From Prevotella sp. (GTDB lineage Bacteria; Bacteroidota; Bacteroidia; Bacteroidales; Bacteroidaceae), in the NCBI GenBank assembly GCA_017619375.1, contig JAFZSL010000002.1, positions 23,679 to 87,678 of the forward strand: 64,000 nt of DNA, in the 5' to 3' direction. Made by a program: the position numbers and the translations under genes. The notes under the pieces are model-generated. The model ran no database searches, was not told where the DNA came from, and saw only the letters and a program-made list of their open reading frames with translations. Position 1 is the stretch's first letter; the number at the start of each line of letters is the position of its first letter. Shown in pieces: positions 18,018-26,881 of this stretch.

Positions 18018-18518
18018 ATGAAAAGAGTCCTTTTCCTTTTAATTGTGATGCTCTCCACATTAAGCATCAATGCCCAGCAATATTACGGGCGCGTGCAAGA
18101 CAGTGACGGTTACACCAACATCCGTCGCGGTCCTGGCATGAACTACGGGATAGTGAGAACCTACCGTTCTGGCGACTACCTGTATTACACCCCCCAGAAC
18201 AATGGGTGGAGCAAGGTCTACTCGGGGAACAAAAGCAATACTTTCATGGGGTATATGGCCACCAGCCGCATCGTGAGAGTGAACCCCAACAACGCTTCCC
18301 CTTCTTCCTCTTCTTCGATGAGAAGCGGCACCATCACCGACCCTGTGGACAACTATGTGAACGTGCGTCGCGGCCCTGGCACCAACTATGCCATCTCCAG
18401 CCGCCTCACCGTAGGCACGCGTATCTATTACGTTCCCGCCACAGCCAGCTGGGCCAAGGTATACAACTCCAACAAGGTGTATCTTGGTTATGTGGCTCTC
18501 AGTCGCATCAGGAAATAA
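18018..18518 (+). CDS. Secreted protein with two bacterial SH3b domains
   Basis: Signal peptide; two repeats (DGYTNIRRGPGMNY...NGWSKVY and DNYVNVRRGPGTNY...ASWAKVY) joined by a Ser-rich linker; TATATTTG promoter element at 17968-17975. Confidence 0.85.
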   Translation: MKRVLFLLIVMLSTLSINAQQYYGRVQDSDGYTNIRRGPGMNYGIVRTYRSGDYLYYTPQNNGWSKVYSGNKSNTFMGYMATSRIVRVNPNNASPSSSSSMRSGTITDPVDNYVNVRRGPGTNYAISSRLTVGTRIYYVPATASWAKVYNSNKVYLGYVALSRIRK

Positions 18519-18656
18519 ACTTCTCTTAGGAGCGCAACAACTGTCAGGGCAGGGCCATCAGTACAATGTGCTCTGCCTATGATTTCTGCAATGATGAAAG
18601 GTTACTGAACCACGAAGCAGTTCGTAAAAACTTTTACACATACACATCAATTACTT

Positions 18657-21041
18657 ATGAAACACCATCCTGTTACACCCCTTGCCAAGTCGATGCTCTT
18701 GGCCCTTATGCTGTTCGTCCTCTCTTGCATGACGGGACAAGCGCAGACAAAAGTATGGAACGATGTCGTGGCGGGCTATGCCAACACGCCTGTAGTGAAA
18801 GTGACACGCGTGGCCTTATACGGCGACCGCACAGAACTTTCCATGCACATCGATTTCGTCAAAGGGCAGTGGATAGCCATCGCACCGAACACCGTGATCA
18901 AGGTAGATGGTAAGGACTATGTCGTGAAGGGAGCCACAGTGTTGACACTTGGAGAGCGCTTCACCATGTCGGAGGACACGTTGGATTTCGTGCTGACCTT
19001 CGAGCCTGTTCCCGCCAAGACGGAAAACCTCGACCTCGTGGAACCGGGAGGGTGGTGTGTGATGAACATTCGCGATGCAAGCCTCCTTCCCCAAGGCATC
19101 ACCGACACCTATTGGCGCGACGAGGCGACGGGCGATTGGCTCATCGGCTTTGCAAAAGACCATGTCGTCTATCAAAACGAGGTGTGGGACATCGCTGCTG
19201 TCAAGGAGAAAAAGGACGCCTATACACTTACCCTCCTCTTCAACAACATGCCTGGAGTGAAATGTGCTTTTCATTCAGAGGGCCATTCATTAAAAGCCAA
19301 GGTTGTCAAGGTGGGCAAGATGAAAAAAGGTCTGCGTACCATCACCATCGACGACGGAAAGCCCGTGACATGCAGTCCCATCACCACTGCCACGCTGCCT
19401 GATTACCCGGTAAAAGACACCCGCAGGGGATTCATCGACAACGGCTACAACCCCACCGACAGTGTGACCATCATCGGGTGGTTGAAGGACATGCCCGCAC
19501 AGGCTTGGCAAACAGGAAAGGAGTTCAAGGTGAGTTACGAGGACATCATCACCAACAAGGAGGAGAACGCCTACACCAAGATGGACTCCCTGGGGCGCTT
19601 CTCTTTCAAAATGCCACTGCTCAACTCTTCCGAGGTCTTCATCGACTGGGGGCGCACCACCGTCAACGCCTTCCTCGAGCCGGGCAAGACCTATTTCTTC
19701 CTGTACGACTTTAAAACAGGACAGAAACTCTGGATGGGCGACGACGTACGGGTGCAAAACGAAATACTTACGCATCCACGTTCCAGGGCAGAAGCTGATG
19801 TTCCATACGACCGCAATGATGTGGACCTCCTGGTTTATCAGGCGCAGACCGACAGCACACGACAGGTGCAGATGAAACATTTGGAAAACTTGCTCCAAAG
19901 CCATCCCACCTTGTCGCAAAGGTATGCCGACTACCAAGCAGGTTACTACCGCATGCTACAGGGACGTAACATCATGCAGGCCCAATACCATGCCAAAGAC
20001 CGCATCGTGCCAAAGGAAGTGCTCGACTACGTCGGCAACAACTTCTGGCAGAAAGCCCCCAAGCCATACACCCTCTACCGTGACTTCACGACGATGAACA
20101 ACGACTTTATGAGCGAACTCGTAACGGGACGAAACGAGGGCCTTCCGGAGATAATGGAACGATTGGAGCGAGATGGCAAGGTCACCCTGAGCGATGAGGA
20201 GAAGGAGCAACTTGCCGCCTATCCCGCTGCTGCCAAGAAGGTGCAGGAAGACTTCCTGAACGCAAAGGATGAAAACGAACGGCAAGCCGTTGTCGAAGCA
20301 TTCAACAGTTCGAAGATGGTGACCGTCTTGAACGGGTTGCTGGATAGATGCAAAGAACCTATGGCAACTTATGGTTTCATGCAGGTGCTGGATGTCGTCG
20401 ATTCCATCGGTTGTGACAAGACCCTGCGCGACATCATCCTGGCACAGCGCATCTATCAGCAGATAGACGCCATGCGCCAACCGGTTAGTGCCAATGTCTT
20501 GCAATTTGCTGAAAATGAAATCCAACTGCCTGCAGCATTCAACAGGGTGAAAGACTTGAACGACAAATACCTCGCCATCTTTCAGCGAGACATCTCCGAT
20601 TCACCCAGTTTGAAGTCGGCCAAGGACATGGTCGAGATGAGTGATGGCGAGCAGATTCTGCGCAAGATCATCGAACCTTATAAGGGAAAGTTGATTCTTC
20701 TCGACATCTGGGGCACTTGGTGCGGCCCATGCAAGGAAGCGCTCTCTCATTCCGCCGAGGAATACGAGCGATTGAAAGACATCGACATGGTGTTCCTCTA
20801 CTTGGCCAACCGCTCCGATGACGATTCGTGGAAGAATGTCATCAAGGAGTATGACGTCCTGGGAGACAACGTGGTGCACTACAACCTGCCCGCAGACCAG
20901 CAGAATGCAGTGGAAAACTTCCTCAATGTGCAGTTCTTCCCCACCTACCGCCTCATCGACCGCGACGGGCAGGTGCTGGATGTCAATGCCGACCCGCGCG
21001 ACCTGGAAAGACAGGCGAGGATGTTGGAGCAAATGAAATAG
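18657..21041 (+). CDS. Large secreted protein with C-terminal TlpA/thioredoxin-like domain
   Basis: Signal peptide; C-terminal YKGKLILLDIWGTWCGPCKE...FFPTYRLIDRDG. Confidence 0.85.
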   Translation: MKHHPVTPLAKSMLLALMLFVLSCMTGQAQTKVWNDVVAGYANTPVVKVTRVALYGDRTELSMHIDFVKGQWIAIAPNTVIKVDGKDYVVKGATVLTLGERFTMSEDTLDFVLTFEPVPAKTENLDLVEPGGWCVMNIRDASLLPQGITDTYWRDEATGDWLIGFAKDHVVYQNEVWDIAAVKEKKDAYTLTLLFNNMPGVKCAFHSEGHSLKAKVVKVGKMKKGLRTITIDDGKPVTCSPITTATLPDYPVKDTRRGFIDNGYNPTDSVTIIGWLKDMPAQAWQTGKEFKVSYEDIITNKEENAYTKMDSLGRFSFKMPLLNSSEVFIDWGRTTVNAFLEPGKTYFFLYDFKTGQKLWMGDDVRVQNEILTHPRSRAEADVPYDRNDVDLLVYQAQTDSTRQVQMKHLENLLQSHPTLSQRYADYQAGYYRMLQGRNIMQAQYHAKDRIVPKEVLDYVGNNFWQKAPKPYTLYRDFTTMNNDFMSELVTGRNEGLPEIMERLERDGKVTLSDEEKEQLAAYPAAAKKVQEDFLNAKDENERQAVVEAFNSSKMVTVLNGLLDRCKEPMATYGFMQVLDVVDSIGCDKTLRDIILAQRIYQQIDAMRQPVSANVLQFAENEIQLPAAFNRVKDLNDKYLAIFQRDISDSPSLKSAKDMVEMSDGEQILRKIIEPYKGKLILLDIWGTWCGPCKEALSHSAEEYERLKDIDMVFLYLANRSDDDSWKNVIKEYDVLGDNVVHYNLPADQQNAVENFLNVQFFPTYRLIDRDGQVLDVNADPRDLERQARMLEQMK

Positions 21042-21136
21042 GATTTTAAGGAGGGTATAGGAAAACTATAGACCCTAAGGATATTAGAGATCTTAGAAAA
21101 CCTTAGGAGAGCCCTGGGCTTATAGGAAGATATAAC
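21039..21136 (+). repeat. Degenerate 9-10-bp-spaced TAGGA-type array
   Basis: TAGGA/AAGGA/TAGA units at about 21039, 21048, 21058, 21068, 21077, 21104, 21123; ends in TATAAC like the 38779 copy. Confidence 0.55.
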
Positions 21137-21137
21137 T

Positions 21138-22319
21138 TTACAAGTGTTTCTTTAAGAACTCCAGCACTCGTTGCTGAGCCTTTATTGGACAACTGTGGGG
21201 GATGTCCCAAATCTCTGTTTCCAAGCGGTCGTCGGCCCCTTGTGACTTCCACGTCTCATGCATGGTGGCGAAAGCCTTTTCCACACCGGGTACGGGGAAG
21301 AGTTTGTCTTGTGAGCCGTTGATAAAGAGCATCGCCTTCGGACATGCCAGAGAGGCGACATGGGGATAGTCCATCCAGCGGCGCAAGCCGGGGAAACAGT
21401 TGGCGAAGCCGCCATTTTCCGTCCGTTTGTAATTGAAACTCATCTGCTCGTCGGTTGTCACCATCCAGCAGATGGCCGTCCCCACCTTGATGCGGTCTGA
21501 GAGGGCCGACAGCATCCATGCCCTGTAAGCTCCCATGGAACAGCCGGTGCAACCTATTCTTGACGCATCCACCTCGGGCATCGAGGCAAGATATTCCGTG
21601 CCGGCGATGTCGTCGTAGGTCATATAGGCCGACAGGTCGATGCCATACATCATCATGTTGCCGGCAATCATGTCGTAACGGTCGCGGTTGGGGCCTTCCA
21701 ACTGCCCGCGCTCTCCCCACATCGGGGCGTCGGCAGAGAACACCACATAGCCGTGACGCGCCAGGAAGTCGCCGAAAAACTGTCCTTCGTAAAGATTGGT
21801 CACCCATTCCCCGGCATCCTTGATGACCAAGGAGTCCTCACAGGCCAGCGGGCGTATCATCTTCTCCTTGCCGATGAAGAGGTGGGCGCCATGGTCGTGC
21901 AGGGCGTTGACGGCGGGGAAAGGCCCTTTGCCATCGGGGATGAGCACATAGGCGGGAACGGTATAGTAACGGCTGAGCCGAATTTCAATCTTGCGTGCCT
22001 TGTAACCATCGCGCTGTTCCTCGCAGAGCACCTTCACATCGTAGCCTTGAGAGGGAGGGGGTGGGGGAGCAAGCATGCAGTCGAACACCTTTTGACGGGC
22101 CATGCGCCGCCACTCGTCGAAGTCCTTGATGTCGCTGTTGCCCCATGCCAGCGGATAATCGAAATCCGCAATCAGGGAGTCGGCGTAGACGGGAAGGTTG
22201 CGTTTGAACTCATACTTCTCGCGTTTCTGGGCAAAGGCACTGGTGGCGCCCGACAGCAGAAGCACCATCCATACAAGGCTCACGGCCTTGTTGGTCATCA
22301 TATTTTTCTTATTCATCAC
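21138..22319 (-). CDS. Alpha/beta hydrolase (dienelactone hydrolase/Abhydrolase_7-like esterase)
   Basis: Signal peptide; PAVNALHDHG; GCTGCSMGA nucleophile elbow; NGSQDKLFP; IPHSC. The exact start among M22319, M22316 and M22301 is uncertain. Confidence 0.82.
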   Translation of the reverse strand: MMNKKNMMTNKAVSLVWMVLLLSGATSAFAQKREKYEFKRNLPVYADSLIADFDYPLAWGNSDIKDFDEWRRMARQKVFDCMLAPPPPPSQGYDVKVLCEEQRDGYKARKIEIRLSRYYTVPAYVLIPDGKGPFPAVNALHDHGAHLFIGKEKMIRPLACEDSLVIKDAGEWVTNLYEGQFFGDFLARHGYVVFSADAPMWGERGQLEGPNRDRYDMIAGNMMMYGIDLSAYMTYDDIAGTEYLASMPEVDASRIGCTGCSMGAYRAWMLSALSDRIKVGTAICWMVTTDEQMSFNYKRTENGGFANCFPGLRRWMDYPHVASLACPKAMLFINGSQDKLFPVPGVEKAFATMHETWKSQGADDRLETEIWDIPHSCPIKAQQRVLEFLKKHL

Positions 22320-22392
22320 TTTCCACTGTTTTTCAATTCATAAGACGGGTGCAAAGGCACAATCGGCATGGCTTTTGCCACGACAGAAAAGT

Positions 22393-22423
22393 TGAAGGCT
22401 GACAGAAAAGCCGTCAACCTTCA
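22393..22423 (-). terminator. Terminator of nrdD-nrdG
   Basis: On the minus strand TGAAGGTTGAC-ggcttttct-GTCAGCCTTCA followed by ACTTTTCT; overlaps the nrdG stop. Confidence 0.6.
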
Positions 22424-22926
22424 TGCCCGGGGATTTGGGTGTTCGGTTTCCAAAGGACCACTTCACCGGCGTAGAGTGTTTTCTGGACGTCAATCAACCG
22501 CTGGTTGGACGAGCCACGGAACAACAGGTCGGGGTCGTGCAGTTTTTGTATGTAGGGGCCGTCGACGAGAACGTCGAGTTGCTCCAGCAACTCTCGTTGT
22601 TCCTCGTTGATGAGGCTCTCATAAACGAAGCCGGTATAGCACCATATGTCCTTGTTGCTGTAGGTGTGGATGGCCCTGGCCAGTTTGGCGAAGCCCTCCG
22701 CTTGGTACATCGGGTCGCCTCCGGAGAACGTGACATTGGCGAAGGGGTCGGCCATGATGATTTTCATGAGTGCAGATGTGGTCATCTCCCTGCCGCCATC
22801 GAAAGCCCAGGAATGAGGGTTGTGGCAACCCGGACACTGATGGTTGCAGCCGGCACAGTAGATGGACGTCCTGAATCCAGGACCGTCCACCATCGTGTCT
22901 TCTATGATGTCGAGGACTCTGACCAT
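22414..22926 (-). CDS. nrdG: Anaerobic ribonucleoside-triphosphate reductase activating protein (radical SAM)
   Basis: VDGPGFRTSIYCAGCNHQCPGCHNP (CxxxCxxC); TFSGGDP; DVLVDGPY; FRGSSNQR; directly downstream of nrdD. Confidence 0.97.
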   Translation of the reverse strand: MVRVLDIIEDTMVDGPGFRTSIYCAGCNHQCPGCHNPHSWAFDGGREMTTSALMKIIMADPFANVTFSGGDPMYQAEGFAKLARAIHTYSNKDIWCYTGFVYESLINEEQRELLEQLDVLVDGPYIQKLHDPDLLFRGSSNQRLIDVQKTLYAGEVVLWKPNTQIPGHEG

Positions 22927-22984
22927 TCACTCAATATCATGATTTTTTATCTTAGTATTCCTTGTAATTCTGGTTTTCTTAGAG

Positions 22985-25240
22985 TCACTGGTTGGTGGCT
23001 TCCTGCTCTTCAAACAGGTCTTTCGGACCGTGGTCGATGTGGGTCACGCGGTCGTTGAGTTCGGCGAGTTTGCCACTGTTCCAGCGGTCGGTGGTGCCTA
23101 CAAGATAGCCAGTAATGCGCTGCAGTTTGTCGATGTTGGTCGAGCCGCATTTCGGGCAGGTTGTCAAATTGTCGTCGGCGTTCTCGTAGCCGCAGTCCAT
23201 GCAGCGGTTGCGGTTGTGGTTGACGGAGCCATACCCCATGTCGTATTGGTCCATCATGTCCACCACGCTCATGATGACCTGCGGGTTGTGGGTGGCGTCG
23301 CCGTCGATTTCAACATAGAAGATGTGTCCGCCGCGTGTGAGGTTGTGATAGGGAGCCTCCACCTCGGCCTTGTGGCGTGCGGAGCATTTGTAGTATACCG
23401 GCACGTGGTTGGAGTTGGTGTAGTAGTCGCGGTCGGTGACACCGGGGATGACGCCGAACTCCTTGCGGTCTTTCTTGGTGAACTTTCCCGCCAGTCCCTC
23501 TGCAGGAGTGGCGAGTACGGAATAGTTGTGATGGTAGCGCTCGCAGAAATCGTTGATTCTGTCGCGCATGTAGGTGACAATCTTCAGTCCCAGTTCCTGC
23601 GACTCGGCACTTTCCCCATGGTGCTTCCCGGTGAGGGCGACGAGGCACTCTGCCAAACCGATGAACCCGATGCCGAGGGTTCCTTGGTTGATGACGCTCT
23701 TCACGGTGTCTGTCGGTCCCAGTTTGTCGGCTCCTATCCAGAGGCTTTTCATCACGAGCGGGAACTGTTTGGCAAATGCCGTCTGCTGGAACTGGAAACG
23801 TTCGTCGAGTTGCTTGGCCGTGATTTCCAGCACATGGTCGAGTTTTGCGAAGAACATTCCGATGCGTTTTTGTTCATCCTTTTCTTCCATGCACTCGATG
23901 GCGAGTTTCACGATGTTGATGGTGGAGAAGGAGAGGTTGCCACGCCCGATGGAGGTCTTCGGTCCGAAGCGGTTCTCGAAGACGCGTGTGCGGCATCCCA
24001 TGGTGGCCACCTCGTGCAGGTAACGCTCGGGGTCGTCGGCCTTCCATTCATCGGTCTTGTTGAACGAGGCGTCGAGGTTCAGGAAGTTGGGGAAGAACCT
24101 TCGTGCCGTCACCTTGCAAGCGAGCGTGTAAAGGTCGAAGTTGCGGTCTCCCGGCAGGTAGTTGACCCCGCGTTTCTTCTTCCATATCTGAATGGGGAAA
24201 ATGGCAGTCTCGCCATTGCCCACTCCCTCGTAGGTGGAGAGAAGAATCTCTCTCATGATGCATCGTCCCTCGGCGGAGGTGTCCGTCCCGTAGTTGATGG
24301 AAGAGAACACCACCTGGTTGCCGCCACGCGAGTGGATGGTGTTCATATTGTGTATGAAGGCCTCCATCGCCTGGTGCACGCGTCCCACGGTCTTGTTGAC
24401 GGCGTGCTGCTGGGCACGTTCCTTCCCTGTCAAGCCATCGAGAGGTTTCTTGATATAGTCGATAAGAGGTTCATCATAAAGGTCTTTGTAACTCTCGCCG
24501 TTGAGTTCCTCAAGGCTTTTCAGTTCCTCAATATATGTCATGCGCACATAAGGCGCCAGGTAGAAGTCGAAGGCGGGGATGGCTTGGCCGCCGTGCATCT
24601 CGTTCTGGGCGCACTCCATCGAGATGCATGCCAGTACGGAGGCCGTCTCGATGCGCTTGGCGGGACGCGAGGCACCATGTCCAGCAATGAAGCCGCAGGT
24701 GAGGATATGGTCGAGCGGATGCTGTACGCAGGTGAGCGACTTGGTGGGGTAATAGTCTTTGTCGTGGATATGCAAATAGTTGTGCTCCACGGCTTCGCGA
24801 CTTTCTTCCGAGAGGAGGTAGTCGTCGACGAAAGGTTTTGTGGTCTCAGAGGCGAACTTCATCATCATTCCTGCCGGAGTGTCGGCATTCATGTTGGCAT
24901 TCTCACGGGTGACATCGTTGTTCTTGACGTTCACGATGTCGAGGAAGACGTCTCTGGTCTTTGCCTTGCGGGCGATGGAGCGTTGGTTGCGGTAGGCGAT
25001 GAATTTCTGTGCCACGTCCTTGCGGCTCGACTTCATCAGTTCTATCTCCACCATGTCCTGGATTTGCTCCACGGTCATCTGGCTCTCGCCTCGTTGTGCG
25101 ATGTAGTCGGTGATTTTATATAAGAGACGCTCGTCCTCACCCTTGTCTGTGTGAAGCATGGCCTTGCGGATGGCAGCCATGATTTTTTGCTCGTTGAAGC
25201 CTACGATGCGTCCGTCGCGCTTTACTACGGTCTGAATCAT
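22985..25240 (-). CDS. nrdD: Anaerobic (class III) ribonucleoside-triphosphate reductase
   Basis: N-terminal ATP cone VVKRDGRIVGFNEQKI; LHIHDKDYY; MGCRTR; GRGNLSFSTIN; ATPAEGL; CMDC..CPKC zinc ribbon; glycyl-radical motif RITGYLVG. Confidence 0.98.
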   Translation of the reverse strand: MIQTVVKRDGRIVGFNEQKIMAAIRKAMLHTDKGEDERLLYKITDYIAQRGESQMTVEQIQDMVEIELMKSSRKDVAQKFIAYRNQRSIARKAKTRDVFLDIVNVKNNDVTRENANMNADTPAGMMMKFASETTKPFVDDYLLSEESREAVEHNYLHIHDKDYYPTKSLTCVQHPLDHILTCGFIAGHGASRPAKRIETASVLACISMECAQNEMHGGQAIPAFDFYLAPYVRMTYIEELKSLEELNGESYKDLYDEPLIDYIKKPLDGLTGKERAQQHAVNKTVGRVHQAMEAFIHNMNTIHSRGGNQVVFSSINYGTDTSAEGRCIMREILLSTYEGVGNGETAIFPIQIWKKKRGVNYLPGDRNFDLYTLACKVTARRFFPNFLNLDASFNKTDEWKADDPERYLHEVATMGCRTRVFENRFGPKTSIGRGNLSFSTINIVKLAIECMEEKDEQKRIGMFFAKLDHVLEITAKQLDERFQFQQTAFAKQFPLVMKSLWIGADKLGPTDTVKSVINQGTLGIGFIGLAECLVALTGKHHGESAESQELGLKIVTYMRDRINDFCERYHHNYSVLATPAEGLAGKFTKKDRKEFGVIPGVTDRDYYTNSNHVPVYYKCSARHKAEVEAPYHNLTRGGHIFYVEIDGDATHNPQVIMSVVDMMDQYDMGYGSVNHNRNRCMDCGYENADDNLTTCPKCGSTNIDKLQRITGYLVGTTDRWNSGKLAELNDRVTHIDHGPKDLFEEQEATNQ

Positions 25241-25305
25241 TTATTACTTAGGCGTTTAGTTGTTCTGAATCAAAAAAATGACCGGTATCATGGTCGAATG
25301 GATTG

Positions 25306-25337
25306 CAAAGATAATAAATATTGCGGATATTCTCAAA
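25306..25337 (-). promoter_or_regulatory. Sigma-A promoter of nrdDG
   Basis: Minus strand TTTG (25337-25334), 20-nt spacer, TATCTTTG (25313-25306). Confidence 0.7.
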
Positions 25338-25532
25338 CTTATTTTTGGCATTTATTTTTCTTTTTTACGTATCATTTACATGCCAATTCTTGGACATGCC
25401 AAGCTCATAGCGAGTTCCGCATGATTGTTCATCAAATTCTTTTTCATGCATCTTCTACAATCAACTGACGGCATCTTGTGATGTGCATTTCGTGCATCTC
25501 TTTTATGAAGAGAAAAAAACATCTTGTTTTGT

Positions 25533-25563
25533 TTTGCATTGCATACAATTTGCACTATCTTTG
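25533..25563 (+). promoter_or_regulatory. Sigma-A promoter of the membrane-protein gene at 25586
   Basis: TTTG (25533-25536), 19-nt spacer, TATCTTTG (25556-25563). Confidence 0.7.
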
Positions 25564-25585
25564 TAACATTGTAAAAAAAAATAAT

Positions 25586-26251
25586 ATGGCAAAAGTGAAT
25601 GTGGATAAGAAAAGAAGGGATTTGGAGCAGACGAAGAATTACGACCATCGTGTAAGGCTCTACGAAGACGGCAAGTATCATTGGTCGTACGACCTCAACA
25701 TGCTGAAAAACCCTGCGGTGCTGATTGATGTGTTCAAGGCGCTGGGCATGACGGTGGCCATCGTGGGGTTCATCATCGTTGTGATACAGGCTTGTGAGAA
25801 TGGGATACATGCGGAAGAAATGATGTTTGCTCTGAAGTTGATAGGTATCATGGTGGCAATCATGTTCGTGCTCAGCATATTGGGTTACTTGATTTATGCA
25901 GCGATGTCGGGTTGGACGTATACGGCGCTTTTCACCATGGATGATAATGGCGTGGTGCATGAACAGTCTCCTCGTGCGGATAAATTGGCGAAACGCATCG
26001 GTTGCCTCACCATATTTGTAGGGCTGCTGACACGCAAGCCTGGTGTGGCGGGGACGGGCATGTTGGCGGCAAGCCGGTCGACGATGTCCTCCAACTTCTC
26101 CTCTGTCAAGACGGTGAAGGCGATACGGCGGATGAACACCATCAAGGTGAATGAGCGATTTGAGAAAAATCGCGTGTATGTCAACGATGAAGACTTCGAT
26201 TTCGTCTATGACTATATCGCCTCTCATTGCCTGAATGCGAAAATCAAGTGA
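25586..26251 (+). CDS. Hypothetical membrane protein
   Basis: Two clear TM segments (VFKALGMTVAIVGFIIVVI; LIGIMVAIMFVLSILGYLIYA) and a soluble C-terminal region; promoter just upstream. Start at ATG 25586 preferred. Confidence 0.78.
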   Translation: MAKVNVDKKRRDLEQTKNYDHRVRLYEDGKYHWSYDLNMLKNPAVLIDVFKALGMTVAIVGFIIVVIQACENGIHAEEMMFALKLIGIMVAIMFVLSILGYLIYAAMSGWTYTALFTMDDNGVVHEQSPRADKLAKRIGCLTIFVGLLTRKPGVAGTGMLAASRSTMSSNFSSVKTVKAIRRMNTIKVNERFEKNRVYVNDEDFDFVYDYIASHCLNAKIK

Positions 26252-26257
26252 GGATAT

Positions 26258-26297
26258 CAGGAGGTCTTAGGAGCAAGTAGGAGGTCTTAAGTGGTCA
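26258..26297 (+). repeat. 10-bp-periodic TAGGAG array
   Basis: CAGGAGGTCT-TAGGAGCAAG-TAGGAGGTCT-TAAGTGGTCA; TAGGAGCAAGTAGGA is identical to 14833-14847. Confidence 0.75.
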
Positions 26298-26390
26298 AAA
26301 AGGGGTGTTTTTGAAAAATTAACACTCAATACACCCCGTATGCATCTGATTATTTATATTTTTGCATCTTAATTGCATATTTTAAAAGGT

Positions 26391-26879
26391 ATGAAGAAGA
26401 TTTTCCTACTGCTTACCATAGCCTTTTCGTGCATGGCAAGCCATATGAGTGCCCAACTTCCCGCCATCACCCTCAAGACGATGGAGGGCAAGACCATACG
26501 CACCGACACCCTGTCTAACGAAGGCAAACCGTTCATCATCGATTTCTTTGCCACGTGGTGCAAGCCCTGCAACCGCGAACTCGACGCCATCAGTGAGGTG
26601 TATGAGGATTGGCAGGACGAGACGGGGGTGAAGATCTATGCCATCTCGGTGGACCAGGCCCAGAACATCAACAAGGTGAAACCGCTTGTCGACAACCATG
26701 GTTGGACTTATGACGTGTTGCTTGACACCAACAGCGAGTTTCAGAAAGCTCTTGGCATACAGATGATTCCCGCCACCTTCGTGCTCGATGGCAACGGCAA
26801 GATCGTATATCGCCATGTCGGCTACAACGAGGGCGAAGAGCAAGAACTCATCGAAAAGGTTCGTGAACTTGTGAAATAG
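26391..26879 (+). CDS. TlpA/ResA-like thiol-disulfide oxidoreductase
   Basis: Signal peptide; LPAITLKT; IIDFFATWCKPCNRE; IPATFVLDGNGKI. Start at ATG 26391 preferred. Confidence 0.92.
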   Translation: MKKIFLLLTIAFSCMASHMSAQLPAITLKTMEGKTIRTDTLSNEGKPFIIDFFATWCKPCNRELDAISEVYEDWQDETGVKIYAISVDQAQNINKVKPLVDNHGWTYDVLLDTNSEFQKALGIQMIPATFVLDGNGKIVYRHVGYNEGEEQELIEKVRELVK

Positions 26880-26881
26880 GC

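Noticed and set aside
23030-25123. 697-aa + strand ORF antisense to nrdD
   Set aside because: Shadow ORF: Val/Gly/His-rich with no motifs, lying exactly opposite a highly conserved gene with strong GC3 bias.
22985-25240. Intein or intron in nrdD
   Set aside because: Length (751 aa) is normal for an ATP-cone NrdD, and no splicing or homing-endonuclease motifs are visible.
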